Shown here in pieces: positions 17,633 through 26,712 of a DNA stretch of 64,000 bases (position 1 is the first letter of the stretch; the number at the start of each line of letters is the position of its first letter). The DNA is from a virus (Duplodnaviria > Caudoviricetes). The notes beneath the pieces were generated by a model, which was given only the letters and a program-made list of their open reading frames with translations, did not search any database and was not told the DNA's origin. Location of the stretch: IMG/VR virus record IMGVR_UViG_2784132107_000001; one strand, 5' to 3'. The translations under genes and the position numbers were made by a program.

Positions 17633-18823
17633 TCACTGTTTGCCCGGCTGCCAGAGCCGCTGATACCGGCTCTTGTTGACCAGCGTCAGGTTGTTGACGC
17701 GATACGTGCCCGGGATGCTGGCGGAAATCGCCACCTGGATGTACTGGACCCCGGCGGGGATGACGAACTCGTGCTGGTAGATCTTTTGCTCGGGCTCCTG
17801 CCCGTTGTTGACCATCGACACCAGCTGGGACCAGCCGCTGCCGTTGTTGGTCATGATCTGCACCAGCAGCCCCTGGATCTCCGAGGTGACGGTCATGCCG
17901 CTCGTCGCGATGCACCCGCTGAAGGCGAGCGTGTCGCCCGCCGCAAAGCCCCCATCGGCCACGCCGATCGCGTTTGAGTTGAGCAGGTAGGAGTTGGCGG
18001 TGCCGGGCTTCGTGTAGACGAACGTCTTCCCCGTGTAGGGGTAGCCCAGCGTGGGCTCGTAGGTGACGGTGCCGTTGCCCGTGTCGGACGTCCAGCCGGC
18101 CAGGTTGGGGCCGATGAAGTTCACGAAATTGCCGTTGATGAGCATGTTGGCCGGCGCACTGTCCGTGGTCTCCGGGAAGATCCCGAAGTACGGCAGCCGG
18201 CGGAACTGGTACGGGTTGCGCAGCAGCGCCGCCGTGGGGCGGGCGATCTCGTCCGTCCCTGCCGCGTTCGGGTGGGTACCGTCGATCGTGTAGGCGGTGA
18301 CGTAGCCGCCCAGCGGATCCGCTGCATTGATGGTCGCGGTGCACGCATCGACCAGCGGCACGCCATAGCGCTCCGCGAGCAGGTAGTAGAAGTACCGGTT
18401 CATGTACGCGTCCGGCACGCCCGTCTTGGCGGGCGGCACGACGATGAACGGATACACCCCGCTGTTGATGCAGCCGTGCACGATCTGCTCGATGTAGTTC
18501 ATGTACGAGGCGGCGGCCACCGTGCCGAACGTGTTCACCGGCACGTCGTTGGTGCCGGCCATGATCGTGATGCAGTCCGGGCTGTAGGCGAGCACGTCCG
18601 ACTGCAGGCGTGCGGCGATCTGGTAGCTCTTCTGGCCGAAGATCCCGGCGTTCGAGATCAGGCGCAGGCCCGCGCGCCACGCGGCCTTCTCGGCGAAGCT
18701 GTTGCCGAACTGCCAGTAGCCATTGGTCTCGCCCGAGTTCGCCTGGGTGATCGAGTCACCGAGCGGGATCATGGTGCGCAGGACCGGCTTGAACGCCGGC
18801 GGCGTCGGGTTATTGAGCGCCAT
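17633..18823 (-). CDS. SGNH/GDSL esterase plus C-terminal beta-sandwich domain
   Basis: GDSIT, NAGIFG, GTND, DGTHP blocks. Confidence 0.88.
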   Translation of the reverse strand: MALNNPTPPAFKPVLRTMIPLGDSITQANSGETNGYWQFGNSFAEKAAWRAGLRLISNAGIFGQKSYQIAARLQSDVLAYSPDCITIMAGTNDVPVNTFGTVAAASYMNYIEQIVHGCINSGVYPFIVVPPAKTGVPDAYMNRYFYYLLAERYGVPLVDACTATINAADPLGGYVTAYTIDGTHPNAAGTDEIARPTAALLRNPYQFRRLPYFGIFPETTDSAPANMLINGNFVNFIGPNLAGWTSDTGNGTVTYEPTLGYPYTGKTFVYTKPGTANSYLLNSNAIGVADGGFAAGDTLAFSGCIATSGMTVTSEIQGLLVQIMTNNGSGWSQLVSMVNNGQEPEQKIYQHEFVIPAGVQYIQVAISASIPGTYRVNNLTLVNKSRYQRLWQPGKQ

Positions 18824-18826
18824 CGT

Positions 18827-19363
18827 CTAGCCCTCGTAGATCGTGACGGGCTGGCCGGCGGCGGGGCCATACACACTGATTGCGCCGCTGTAGGGCAGCG
18901 GCGGGACCCAGCTGCCGCCGGGGTAGACCGGCAGGCTGCCAGGTCCATTGGCCGCGGCCGTGGTCGTCGGGCTCACCCACAGCACCTGCGAGCCGGGGTT
19001 GACCACCTCGAGCGACTTGCGCGACGTGTTCGAGCTCACCATCGAGGTCGCGACACCCAGCCACGTCAGGATGAACTGCGCGCCGGTACCGCCCCCGCTG
19101 CTCGAGACCTGGCTCACCGGGTTGGCCGGGATCGAGCCGGAGGCAAGCGAGCCGGGAGTCAGCACGGTGGCGGCGGTCACCCCGCCCGAGGCGACGGTCG
19201 TGACCTTGATCACCGCCCCGCCGACAAACGTGATGGTGTCGTTCACCGCGTAGCCGCTGCCGGCCGCCGAGACAGCCGCCGCGCCGAGACAGCCGTTGAC
19301 GGTGCCGCTGCGGTCGGTCGGGGTGGTGTTCACCGGGGTGCTGACGACAGGAAAATTGGCCAT
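18827..19363 (-). CDS. Small beta-rich virion protein
   Basis: 178 aa; AGSGYAVNDTIT; directly upstream of the SGNH gene. Confidence 0.65.
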   Translation of the reverse strand: MANFPVVSTPVNTTPTDRSGTVNGCLGAAAVSAAGSGYAVNDTITFVGGAVIKVTTVASGGVTAATVLTPGSLASGSIPANPVSQVSSSGGGTGAQFILTWLGVATSMVSSNTSRKSLEVVNPGSQVLWVSPTTTAAANGPGSLPVYPGGSWVPPLPYSGAISVYGPAAGQPVTIYEG

Positions 19364-19366
19364 GGC

Positions 19367-19660
19367 TTATGCGTCCTGAACCATTGCGAGCCAGTAGCGG
19401 TGGGTCGCGGTGAAGAAGTACATCGATGGCGTGCCGCCCTTCGTCTCGTCGGCGAGCACGAGGTAGATCCCCTGCGGGGTCGCGGGCAGCGCGGCAAAGG
19501 TCGCCACGGTCACCATCGCGATCACATGGCCGCCAGCGGTCGCGCCGTCGTGCACATGGATGCCGTAGGTGTCGGTGTCGACCGTTGCCTCGCCCTGCGC
19601 GCCGGTGAAGGTCTGGTGCTGCGCGAGCGTGCCGCGCCGCAGCTTGAACTGGGTGCTCAC
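19367..19660 (-). CDS. Stand-alone Mtd-N/hyaluronidase-N-like tail domain
   Basis: QFKLRRGT..FTGAQGEATVDTD..VHDGATAGGH. Confidence 0.75.
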   Translation of the reverse strand: MSTQFKLRRGTLAQHQTFTGAQGEATVDTDTYGIHVHDGATAGGHVIAMVTVATFAALPATPQGIYLVLADETKGGTPSMYFFTATHRYWLAMVQDA

Positions 19661-19959
19661 GGTACGGTCCCCATGTCAAAGTTGCCGTAGACCGTATCGG
19701 TCAACGTGCCGCAGTCCATCGCCGCGCCCGAGTTGAAGGCAGCAGCCACCGCAGCAGCGGCAGCAGCGGAAGTCGCAGCGGCAGCGGCAGAGTTGGTCGC
19801 GCCGGCCAGCACCGCGGCGCTGTCGGAGAGCTCTTTCGCAAACGAATTCACGGGGCCACCGGCGGTCGTGACGACCGTGGTCGCGCTGCCGTTGACGATC
19901 TGGTGTGCGAGACCAGCGTCCGTGATGAACTGCGAAACCGAATCGGCAAGGCTCGTCAT
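19657..19959 (-). CDS. Short paralog of the tailspike N-terminal attachment domain
   Basis: TDAGLAHQIVNGSATTVVTTAGGPVNSFAK vs TDVALAHSIVHGDATTTVTTNGGPVRSFAK in 19956..21674. Confidence 0.7.
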   Translation of the reverse strand: MTSLADSVSQFITDAGLAHQIVNGSATTVVTTAGGPVNSFAKELSDSAAVLAGATNSAAAAATSAAAAAAVAAAFNSGAAMDCGTLTDTVYGNFDMGTVP

Positions 19960-21674
19960 GAGTAGGTCCGGTTATCCATCAGCACCCAGTTCGCGCCCCC
20001 GGAGGCCTCGCGATGCCAGGCCACCTCGACGACGCCCTTGCTGCCGGCGGCGATGGTCGCGACCGTTGCGCCCGTAATCGAGTTGATGGTGAGGGTGTAG
20101 GCCGAGGTGTTGGTCTTCGTGAACCGGTAGCGGCGCCCGCTGAAGAGCTGGTTGGCCGTGACCCCGCGATGCTCGGGCAGCGTCACCACGCGCGCGGCGG
20201 TGAGCGGTGCGTCGAACACCTGATGCAGCGGATCGCCATAGGCCACCGTCACGCTCGTGTCGACGTTCATCTGCATGCGCGAGGGGTCGTTCCACGAGTC
20301 GACCGCGATGTAGTCGGCCGTCATCGACGCCACGTTGTCGCACAGCTTGCAGGTGGTCGAGAACGGCACGTCCACCACCCCGATGCGCGAGGTGAGCGGG
20401 CCGGGCGTCGAGCAGATGAGGAGGGTGCCGTTGTTCGCCGCGAACGAGTCGATGCGGTAGTTCTTCACGTCGAAGTACGAGTGGTTGGCGGCGGCCTGGA
20501 ACGTCGTCACGGTGACGCCCGCGCCGATCGTCAGCGTGTTGGTGTAGACCGCGCTGGCGAGCAGCACGCCATTGGGCACGTTGAACAGCACCGTATTGGC
20601 GTTGTATGTCGCTACCTCGAGCGCGAAGTGCTCGATGAGGTGCACCCCGCCCCCGCCGTCATAGATCATCGCCGCGCCGCTGTTGGCCGCGTTGACCTCC
20701 ACGCCGTCATAGGTGGCGACCACCGAGTTGTGGTTGAACAGCACCTGCGTCGCGCTCTGGCACGAGATGTACATGCGCTCGAAGCGGTTGTTCGGCTTGC
20801 CGGCCGCGCCGCTGATGTTGTTCACGCCCCCCGCGAAGTCGCCGAGCCACATGTCGCGGTACGTGTTGCCCCACCACTGGATGGTCGGTGCGTTCGTGAA
20901 GTAATAGAAGTTGCGCGACCAGAGGTCGGTGAACACGCAGTTAAAGATCGAGCCGTTGCTCGGCCCGTCCACCTGGAACACCGCCGAGGCGGTGTTGCCG
21001 GTCTGCATCGTCGAGTAGATGATCTGCATCGACGCCCAGACGAGCGTGTGGATCGCAAGGCCCGTCAGATGGAAGATGGGCATGTTGCTGCCCGTCTGCG
21101 TGAGGATCGTGCCGCCGCGCGACTGGCCAGTAATGCGGATGCCGGTGAAGACCGAGGTGTTGTTCGCGCCGAGCGTGAGCGGCGCGGAGAGGATGTAGTT
21201 GCCATCGGGGACATAGAGCCCCTGGGTCGGCCCGGCCACCAGCGCGTTCATCGCGAGCTGGAAGGCGGCCGTGTCGTCCGTGACGCCGTCACCCTTCGCG
21301 CCGAAGTCCTTCACGCTCAGCATGTCGGCAAACTTGCCCTGGGCGGTGCGCGCGAGCGTGCCCGAGGTCCCCTGGGCGATGCCGAGGAAACTGCCGAGCA
21401 GCCACTGCGCAAGCGTCGAGAGCGTGGTCTGCAGGAGGCCCGCGCCGCGCGTCACCGGAACAATGACGCTGCCCGTCAGCGTGCCCGCGTCCGAGTTGGT
21501 GCCTGCACCCAGCGCGCTGAACGTCGTCTGGTTGTCCGCCTCCAGCTTCGCGAACGAGCGCACCGGGCCCCCATTGGTGGTCACCGTCGTGGTGGCGTCG
21601 CCATGGACGATCGAATGCGCCAGCGCCACATCGGTCTGGAACGTCGCGAGCGCCTGCTGGACCGTATCCGTCAT
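19956..21674 (-). CDS. Tailspike/depolymerase (pectate-lyase-like beta-helix)
   Basis: SVKDFGAKGDGVTDDTAAFQ..LYVPDGNY motif; 572 aa. Confidence 0.85.
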   Translation of the reverse strand: MTDTVQQALATFQTDVALAHSIVHGDATTTVTTNGGPVRSFAKLEADNQTTFSALGAGTNSDAGTLTGSVIVPVTRGAGLLQTTLSTLAQWLLGSFLGIAQGTSGTLARTAQGKFADMLSVKDFGAKGDGVTDDTAAFQLAMNALVAGPTQGLYVPDGNYILSAPLTLGANNTSVFTGIRITGQSRGGTILTQTGSNMPIFHLTGLAIHTLVWASMQIIYSTMQTGNTASAVFQVDGPSNGSIFNCVFTDLWSRNFYYFTNAPTIQWWGNTYRDMWLGDFAGGVNNISGAAGKPNNRFERMYISCQSATQVLFNHNSVVATYDGVEVNAANSGAAMIYDGGGGVHLIEHFALEVATYNANTVLFNVPNGVLLASAVYTNTLTIGAGVTVTTFQAAANHSYFDVKNYRIDSFAANNGTLLICSTPGPLTSRIGVVDVPFSTTCKLCDNVASMTADYIAVDSWNDPSRMQMNVDTSVTVAYGDPLHQVFDAPLTAARVVTLPEHRGVTANQLFSGRRYRFTKTNTSAYTLTINSITGATVATIAAGSKGVVEVAWHREASGGANWVLMDNRTYS

Positions 21675-21892
21675 TACCAGTACCCCGGCGACGGCAGCGT
21701 CGTGTTGATGAGCGTGTGCAGCTGCTCACGCGCGATGAAGTCCTGCTGCGTCTGCGTGTCCTGCTGGAACACCGTGCACTGCAGGACGATGTAACTCGCC
21801 GAGGCCATGGTGTCGATCAGCTGCGTCGCCACCGCGATCGTGGCTTCGATCTCGGTGAGCGTGGCATTGATGAGGCTGGCATTGACCGTCAT
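21674..21892 (-). CDS. Hypothetical protein
   Basis: 72 aa; translationally coupled on both sides. Confidence 0.6.
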   Translation of the reverse strand: MTVNASLINATLTEIEATIAVATQLIDTMASASYIVLQCTVFQQDTQTQQDFIAREQLHTLINTTLPSPGYW

Positions 21893-22230
21893 GCTGCCCG
21901 CACCCTGAACTTGAGCAGGTCATACACCGTCTGCACGTTGCCGTTGCCAAACGTGATGACGACCTGCCCTTCGTACTGCCCCGCGGGCACGGCCAGCGTC
22001 GTGCCGGGGAAGTTGAACGTGATCTTGCCGTCCGTGCCATCGGTCACGAACATGCAGGGGATGATCGAGAGCGGCGACGTACCAGCACCATTCAGGATAC
22101 GGAACAGCACCACCGCGGAGGTCCCCACCGGCGAGAGGTCGATCGGGTTGCCAGTCGCCGCGTCGGTGAGCTGCAGGCCGATGAATGGCAGGTTGTCGCC
22201 TGCCACCAGGTCAATGGTCGCGATGGTCAT
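21889..22230 (-). CDS. BppU-N-like Ig-fold tail adaptor
   Basis: GDNLPFIGLQLTD..PIDLS, GQYEGQVVITFGNGNVQT. Confidence 0.65.
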   Translation of the reverse strand: MTIATIDLVAGDNLPFIGLQLTDAATGNPIDLSPVGTSAVVLFRILNGAGTSPLSIIPCMFVTDGTDGKITFNFPGTTLAVPAGQYEGQVVITFGNGNVQTVYDLLKFRVRAA

Positions 22231-22889
22231 ACGAACCTCTGGAATTCGACCCGGTCGGACGTCCGCGTGAGCGACTTGTCGACCTTGATCTTTGCCTTGT
22301 CCATGGCCGTGCGAAAGAGCCGCGCGTAGAGCGCCGCGGCCTTCTCGTCCGAGTAGGGCTGGTTGTGGGTCGCGTACAGCCGCGCGCGGGCGCCCTGCGC
22401 AATCTCCTCGAGGTAGTGCTCGTAGAGCGCGCTGTCCACCGTCGTACTTGAGCGTGCAGGTGCTAACGCCACGCGCATGGTGAGTGCGTTCGAGAGGGTC
22501 GAGACGGGGTACGGTACGAGCAGCAGCTCCGGCTCGATGATCCGGGTGTAGTACGCGGGGTTGCCCTGCAGCGTGCGCCAGTCAAGCGTGCGGTAGATGT
22601 ACGCCAGCTGGTCGATCGACTTCGGGATCAGCAGCACGTTGTTGTACCAGGCCTCGACCACGTCGACCACCACGGTGTTCGGTGGCGTATCGATCTCGTA
22701 GTTCGACACGTTGATGACGCCGGTCACGGGGTCGAGGTCCTGCTGCCAGTAACGCGTGCGGCGGCAGAACTCAATCACCGCGTTGCGGATCGCGTTGATG
22801 GCGACGAACTCCGGCACGTCCGGGATGTACGGCGTGACTTCGGTCAGGAAGTTGTCGAACGGGACGGCAAAGCCGTAGGTCTCGCTCAC
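22227..22889 (-). CDS. Head-tail adaptor (tail tubular A-like)
   Basis: 220 aa; AIRNAVIEFCRRTRYW; position after the capsid block. Confidence 0.65.
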   Translation of the reverse strand: MSETYGFAVPFDNFLTEVTPYIPDVPEFVAINAIRNAVIEFCRRTRYWQQDLDPVTGVINVSNYEIDTPPNTVVVDVVEAWYNNVLLIPKSIDQLAYIYRTLDWRTLQGNPAYYTRIIEPELLLVPYPVSTLSNALTMRVALAPARSSTTVDSALYEHYLEEIAQGARARLYATHNQPYSDEKAAALYARLFRTAMDKAKIKVDKSLTRTSDRVEFQRFV

Positions 22890-23575
22890 GAGGTCGCTCC
22901 CGGCTCAGGCTGGCCCTTGGCCGGTCCCAGCGTCTGGTTGACGTTGTTCGTCGTCTCGGCCTTGTCCTTGGCGCCCAGCGCGGCGGTGAAGGCGGTCCAG
23001 TAGCCCTGGGCGAGCTGGAAGCCGGGCGCGTACTCCGCATCCTTGCTGTTCGCGCGGAACAGCACGTAGTCGAGCAGCGTCGTCTCGAGCACGTCGTTCA
23101 CCGCAATCGTGCTGGCTTCCGTCGTGAGGTCCGCCGGCACCCGCGAGTAGTTGACCTCGACGTAACCGGTACCGTCACTCGGCGGGTACACATAGAAAGC
23201 GGTCTGGTCCTGGATGTCGTAGACGTAGTTCTGCGCCGTGGACGAGGCGGCCGACGCGTGCCACGTGGGCATCTGGGCGTCGATCAGCTGGCGCGAGACA
23301 ATGCGCACGACGCGGCCCGGGGTCGCGCCGTTGGTGCCCATGTTGCGGTAGATGTCGAGCAGCAGCCAGCCATCGACAGGGATGGCCTGGCGCGTGCCCG
23401 CCACCAGCCGGACCGCAACCGTCGTGCTGTTCGAGTTCGGCTGCATCAGCACGACCTGGCGTTGCGCGTCATTAAGCCAGCCGAGCAGCTCCGTCCGCGT
23501 CCATCGGGTGTTCGCGGTGTCGAGCAGCTGCGTGGCCGCCTTGTTGATGATCGCCGTGCCAGTGATCGTGCCCAT
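22886..23575 (-). CDS. Head-tail adaptor/neck protein
   Basis: Probable start MGTITGTAII at 23575; RWTRTELLGWLNDAQR. Confidence 0.65.
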   Translation of the reverse strand: MGTITGTAIINKAATQLLDTANTRWTRTELLGWLNDAQRQVVLMQPNSNSTTVAVRLVAGTRQAIPVDGWLLLDIYRNMGTNGATPGRVVRIVSRQLIDAQMPTWHASAASSTAQNYVYDIQDQTAFYVYPPSDGTGYVEVNYSRVPADLTTEASTIAVNDVLETTLLDYVLFRANSKDAEYAPGFQLAQGYWTAFTAALGAKDKAETTNNVNQTLGPAKGQPEPGATS

Positions 23576-23584
23576 GATGCCCAG

Positions 23585-23610
23585 AGAAAACGGGGGGCCA
23601 CGCCCCCCGG
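23585..23610 (-). terminator. Rho-independent terminator
   Basis: CGGGGGGC-GTG-GCCCCCCG then TTTTCT on the minus strand. Confidence 0.6.
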
Positions 23611-23613
23611 ATA

Positions 23614-23988
23614 TCAGGTCGAATGCGTCGCGAACCAGTTCAGGCCGTCCGGCGACTGGAACAGGCAGTTCTTGCCCACCGCCACCGAGAACGCGACGTT
23701 CACCGTGCCCTGGTTGACGTTGCCGCCGACCGGGGGATAGACCAGCAGCGCGTTGGCGCCGCCATTGAACACGTTGATCTCGGCGCCGCCGCCGGCCGGC
23801 AGGATCGCGCCAGCGTTGGCGGCCACCGTCGAGAAGCACACGTAGTCCGAAAGCGGGATCACGGCCGCGTTGGCCTGCGAGCTGGTGCCCGCACCCGACA
23901 GCCCGGTCGTGAGAAGGCTGCCCACGATGGACTTGGCGGTGTTGTCCCAGATGCCGCCCTGGCTCACCAGGTTTTGTTCGATAGTCAT
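23614..23988 (-). CDS. Probable capsid decoration protein
   Basis: 124 aa, beta-rich; immediately after the major capsid gene. Confidence 0.6.
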   Translation of the reverse strand: MTIEQNLVSQGGIWDNTAKSIVGSLLTTGLSGAGTSSQANAAVIPLSDYVCFSTVAANAGAILPAGGGAEINVFNGGANALLVYPPVGGNVNQGTVNVAFSVAVGKNCLFQSPDGLNWFATHST

Positions 23989-24006
23989 GAAATTCTCCGT
24001 AGTCCG

Positions 24007-24031
24007 AAAAGAGCGGGGTTGCCCCCGCTCC
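24007..24031 (-). terminator. Terminator after major capsid gene
   Basis: GAGCGGGG-GCAA-CCCCGCTC-TTTT on the minus strand. Confidence 0.75.
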
Positions 24032-24035
24032 CCGA

Positions 24036-25040
24036 TCAGTTCGCTGCGAGGAGCAGCGCGAGACCGGCCGGCTGCGTGACCTGGTAGCCGTAGATGTTCA
24101 GGCCGCGGACCAGGTTGCCGAAGTCGTTCGGGTTCTGCAGGCTCTCGACCTTGGCGATCTGCGAGGCGAAGCTGATGGCCGACTTGTGGCCCGCCACGAT
24201 CGAGTGACGCTTGGCCGTGCCGCCCGAGACGCCGCCGAAGAAGTCGTGACCCGAGGTCGCGCGCGGCGTGAGGTTGCTCACATACACCGTGAAGCGGTCG
24301 ATCTGGCCGATCTTGCCGTTGCGCAGGATCGAGCTGCCGTCACCCATGAACTGCGCCTGGGCGAGGTTCGATTGCATCAGGATCTGACGCTCGGTCGGGG
24401 TGATGATGAGCCAGCGGTCCGTCTCCGGCACGTTGTTCTCGTCGAGCACCGAGCTGAGCGAGGTGATGTACGACAGGATGTTGGCCGGCGTGAGCGCGAC
24501 CGGCGCCGTGTCAGTGCCGAGGTTGTACGCACCCGAGATCGCACCGGCGGTCGCGCCCATGTTGGCCGCGGCACCCTGGTTGTACGTGCCAAGCAGCACG
24601 TCCTTGTCCACCGCGATTTTCATCTGCATGCTCGCGTCGTTGGTGAACATGTCCATCAACTTGGGCTTCGCCTGCAGTTCGAGGACGTTATTCACGTTGA
24701 CCCCGAAGTACTTGCCCTTGTTGATCTGCAGGGTGATCGTCGACGGCGTCGGCACGTCGTAGTTCAGCGACTGGCCGATGCTGTAGTTGTAGATGTTGAT
24801 TGTCGGGATCGTGTTGATGATGACCGTGTCACCAAGACCCGAGATGTCGCCCTGCCAGTCCGTATTGGCGATCTCGCCAAAGACGGTGGCGGCATAAAAT
24901 TTCTGCGCCAGCTTGCCCGACCAGAGGGCCGGGATGAAGGTACCGGAATACGCGGTGCCTGCGTAGGCAACCTGTCCGGCCGGCGAGTTAAAGCCGCCGG
25001 CGTTGATCGGGTAGACTGCGCCCGGGGTGATGGTGGTCAT
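24036..25040 (-). CDS. Major capsid protein
   Basis: 334 aa; FIPALWSGKL, NTDWQGDI..GDTVII, LDENNVP..RWLI, VRGLNIYG; follows the scaffold gene. Confidence 0.88.
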   Translation of the reverse strand: MTTITPGAVYPINAGGFNSPAGQVAYAGTAYSGTFIPALWSGKLAQKFYAATVFGEIANTDWQGDISGLGDTVIINTIPTINIYNYSIGQSLNYDVPTPSTITLQINKGKYFGVNVNNVLELQAKPKLMDMFTNDASMQMKIAVDKDVLLGTYNQGAAANMGATAGAISGAYNLGTDTAPVALTPANILSYITSLSSVLDENNVPETDRWLIITPTERQILMQSNLAQAQFMGDGSSILRNGKIGQIDRFTVYVSNLTPRATSGHDFFGGVSGGTAKRHSIVAGHKSAISFASQIAKVESLQNPNDFGNLVRGLNIYGYQVTQPAGLALLLAAN

Positions 25041-25088
25041 GCTAAAACTCCTGGCTCAAAAGTTTGGGTGAGCCACCATCGACGGGCA

Positions 25089-26066
25089 CTACGCTCGAAC
25101 GCGTCCCTCATCGATAGCAGCGTAAAGGTCTGCTTCCAGTCGAGCCGCCTCGTCCGCGGGGATGACGCCACGCCGCAGGTCCCGGTAGAACTGTTCGATC
25201 CCCTGCTGTGTCCAGTTGATCTTTTGGGCTTCCTGAGGCGTCGCGCTCGCACGGGTGCGGGGCGGGGTGACCTGACGCTGGAGTTCTGTCGTTCGGTTGC
25301 TAACGTTCGGTGCAGGAGGAGCTAACGTGGCCTTGTACATTTCGAAGATGCGGGCGGTGCGCTCGACATCTCCGTTCTGTGCTGCGTTGTCCAGCGCCGC
25401 CTGGCGCGGGAGTCCGTAGACCGGGTCAACCTCTTTCAGCCATGTGAGGAGGCCGGGGTCGACGTTCAGCCTGTCGACATCCGGCAGCCGCTGGGCGAGG
25501 CGCACCATGAAGGTGTCCTTGCTGGTCATGGTCTGCTGCTGCGAAACGTTGCCCACCTGCGACCTGAGCTGGACGTTCTCCCCCTTCAGGCGCTCGAGTT
25601 CGGTCTGCAGTGGCGCAGTGGCCGCCTTCGTGGCGCGTTCGATGAGGTTGACGAGATCCGGCCCGAAGGCTTCCTTGTCGTGGTCGGTGAGTAACGGCTG
25701 CGGCTGCGGCGCGGGCTCCGGTGCCTTGTGGGTCTTGAGCTGGGCGTTCTCAGCAAGCAGCTGCTGAACCTGCCCGGACAACTCCCGTACGGCGGTGTTC
25801 AGGCGCGGAACCTCCGCGTCGAACATCCCCTTGAACGTGTGGTACTTCTGCTCCCACGTCTGCTCGGGGATCGGGTTCTGCGCTGCCGGCGCGGCCGGCG
25901 GCGTTACCTGTGGCGCTGCTTCGGGGGGCGTCGGCTGTGCCGGTTCAGGTCCCGCGATCGGTTCGCCGGTCTCCGGGTCTACTGCCCCGGTCCCTGCGCC
26001 CGAAAACTGGGCCATCCATGCGTCGGCTGCGTCGGCCTGCTCCTGGACTGCGCGTGGCAATGCCAT
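25089..26066 (-). CDS. Capsid scaffolding protein
   Basis: Start MALPRAVQ at 26066; disordered N-terminus, coiled coil, ends AIDEGRVRA. Confidence 0.75.
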   Translation of the reverse strand: MALPRAVQEQADAADAWMAQFSGAGTGAVDPETGEPIAGPEPAQPTPPEAAPQVTPPAAPAAQNPIPEQTWEQKYHTFKGMFDAEVPRLNTAVRELSGQVQQLLAENAQLKTHKAPEPAPQPQPLLTDHDKEAFGPDLVNLIERATKAATAPLQTELERLKGENVQLRSQVGNVSQQQTMTSKDTFMVRLAQRLPDVDRLNVDPGLLTWLKEVDPVYGLPRQAALDNAAQNGDVERTARIFEMYKATLAPPAPNVSNRTTELQRQVTPPRTRASATPQEAQKINWTQQGIEQFYRDLRRGVIPADEAARLEADLYAAIDEGRVRA

Positions 26067-26195
26067 GGTCACTACTCCCCCGCTCCGACTTGGGTTCGGC
26101 GCTCCGGCTTGACGGTCTGCGCTTTCGGCCTCTACGGTCTGCGGCAATAACTTCGTTTCGTACTTCTAACCGGCCCCGGCTTTACGGTCGGCCCG

Positions 26196-26432
26196 TCAGA
26201 GCTTGTGATTCCGGTTGAAGAGGAGGTTTTCGCCCTCTTCAATGAACTGCAAAATCGTTTCGAGGATGTCGATCTGCCCCTGCGAGAACGCTACGTCGTA
26301 GCTCTCCCGGGCGCGCTTGAGCGTCTTGCAGTGCTCCGCGCTCGACTCCCTGAGGTGGGCAACCAGCGCTGCGAAGTCCGCATGCTGCAGCCGCGCGTAA
26401 GCGCGCAGCGCCGCGTCGGACGCGCGCTTCAC
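26196..26432 (-). CDS. Hypothetical protein
   Basis: 78 aa; SQGQIDILETIL pattern seen in small genes after portals. Confidence 0.65.
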   Translation of the reverse strand: MKRASDAALRAYARLQHADFAALVAHLRESSAEHCKTLKRARESYDVAFSQGQIDILETILQFIEEGENLLFNRNHKL

Positions 26433-26635
26433 TTCGACAGTCCGTCGCCCTTGTTGACGATGAGACTGATCTCACCGCCGCCCGGACGGTCATGGAACTT
26501 GTTGCCAATCGAGCTGGAATTCGTCGGCGTGCTGGCGCCGGCCGGGCCGCCACCGCGGCTCACCTGGCCCATCTCGCCCTTACGGCCTTCCTGCAGCGCA
26601 GCCATGCTGCCCGAACCGCTCTTGCCCTTGGACAT
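26429..26635 (-). CDS. Hypothetical Gly/Ser-rich protein
   Basis: 68 aa; AGGGA SD; coupled to the next gene. Confidence 0.55.
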   Translation of the reverse strand: MSKGKSGSGSMAALQEGRKGEMGQVSRGGGPAGASTPTNSSSIGNKFHDRPGGGEISLIVNKGDGLSK

Positions 26636-26712
26636 TTCGTATCCCTAATGTGTGTAGGTACTAACTACCATCTGCCTACATGCTAACAACTGGTAAACCG
26701 TGTGTGAAGGGG

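Noticed and set aside
19367-19660. Diversity-generating retroelement suggested by the Mtd-N-like domain
   Set aside because: No reverse transcriptase and no TR/VR repeat pair seen in the window
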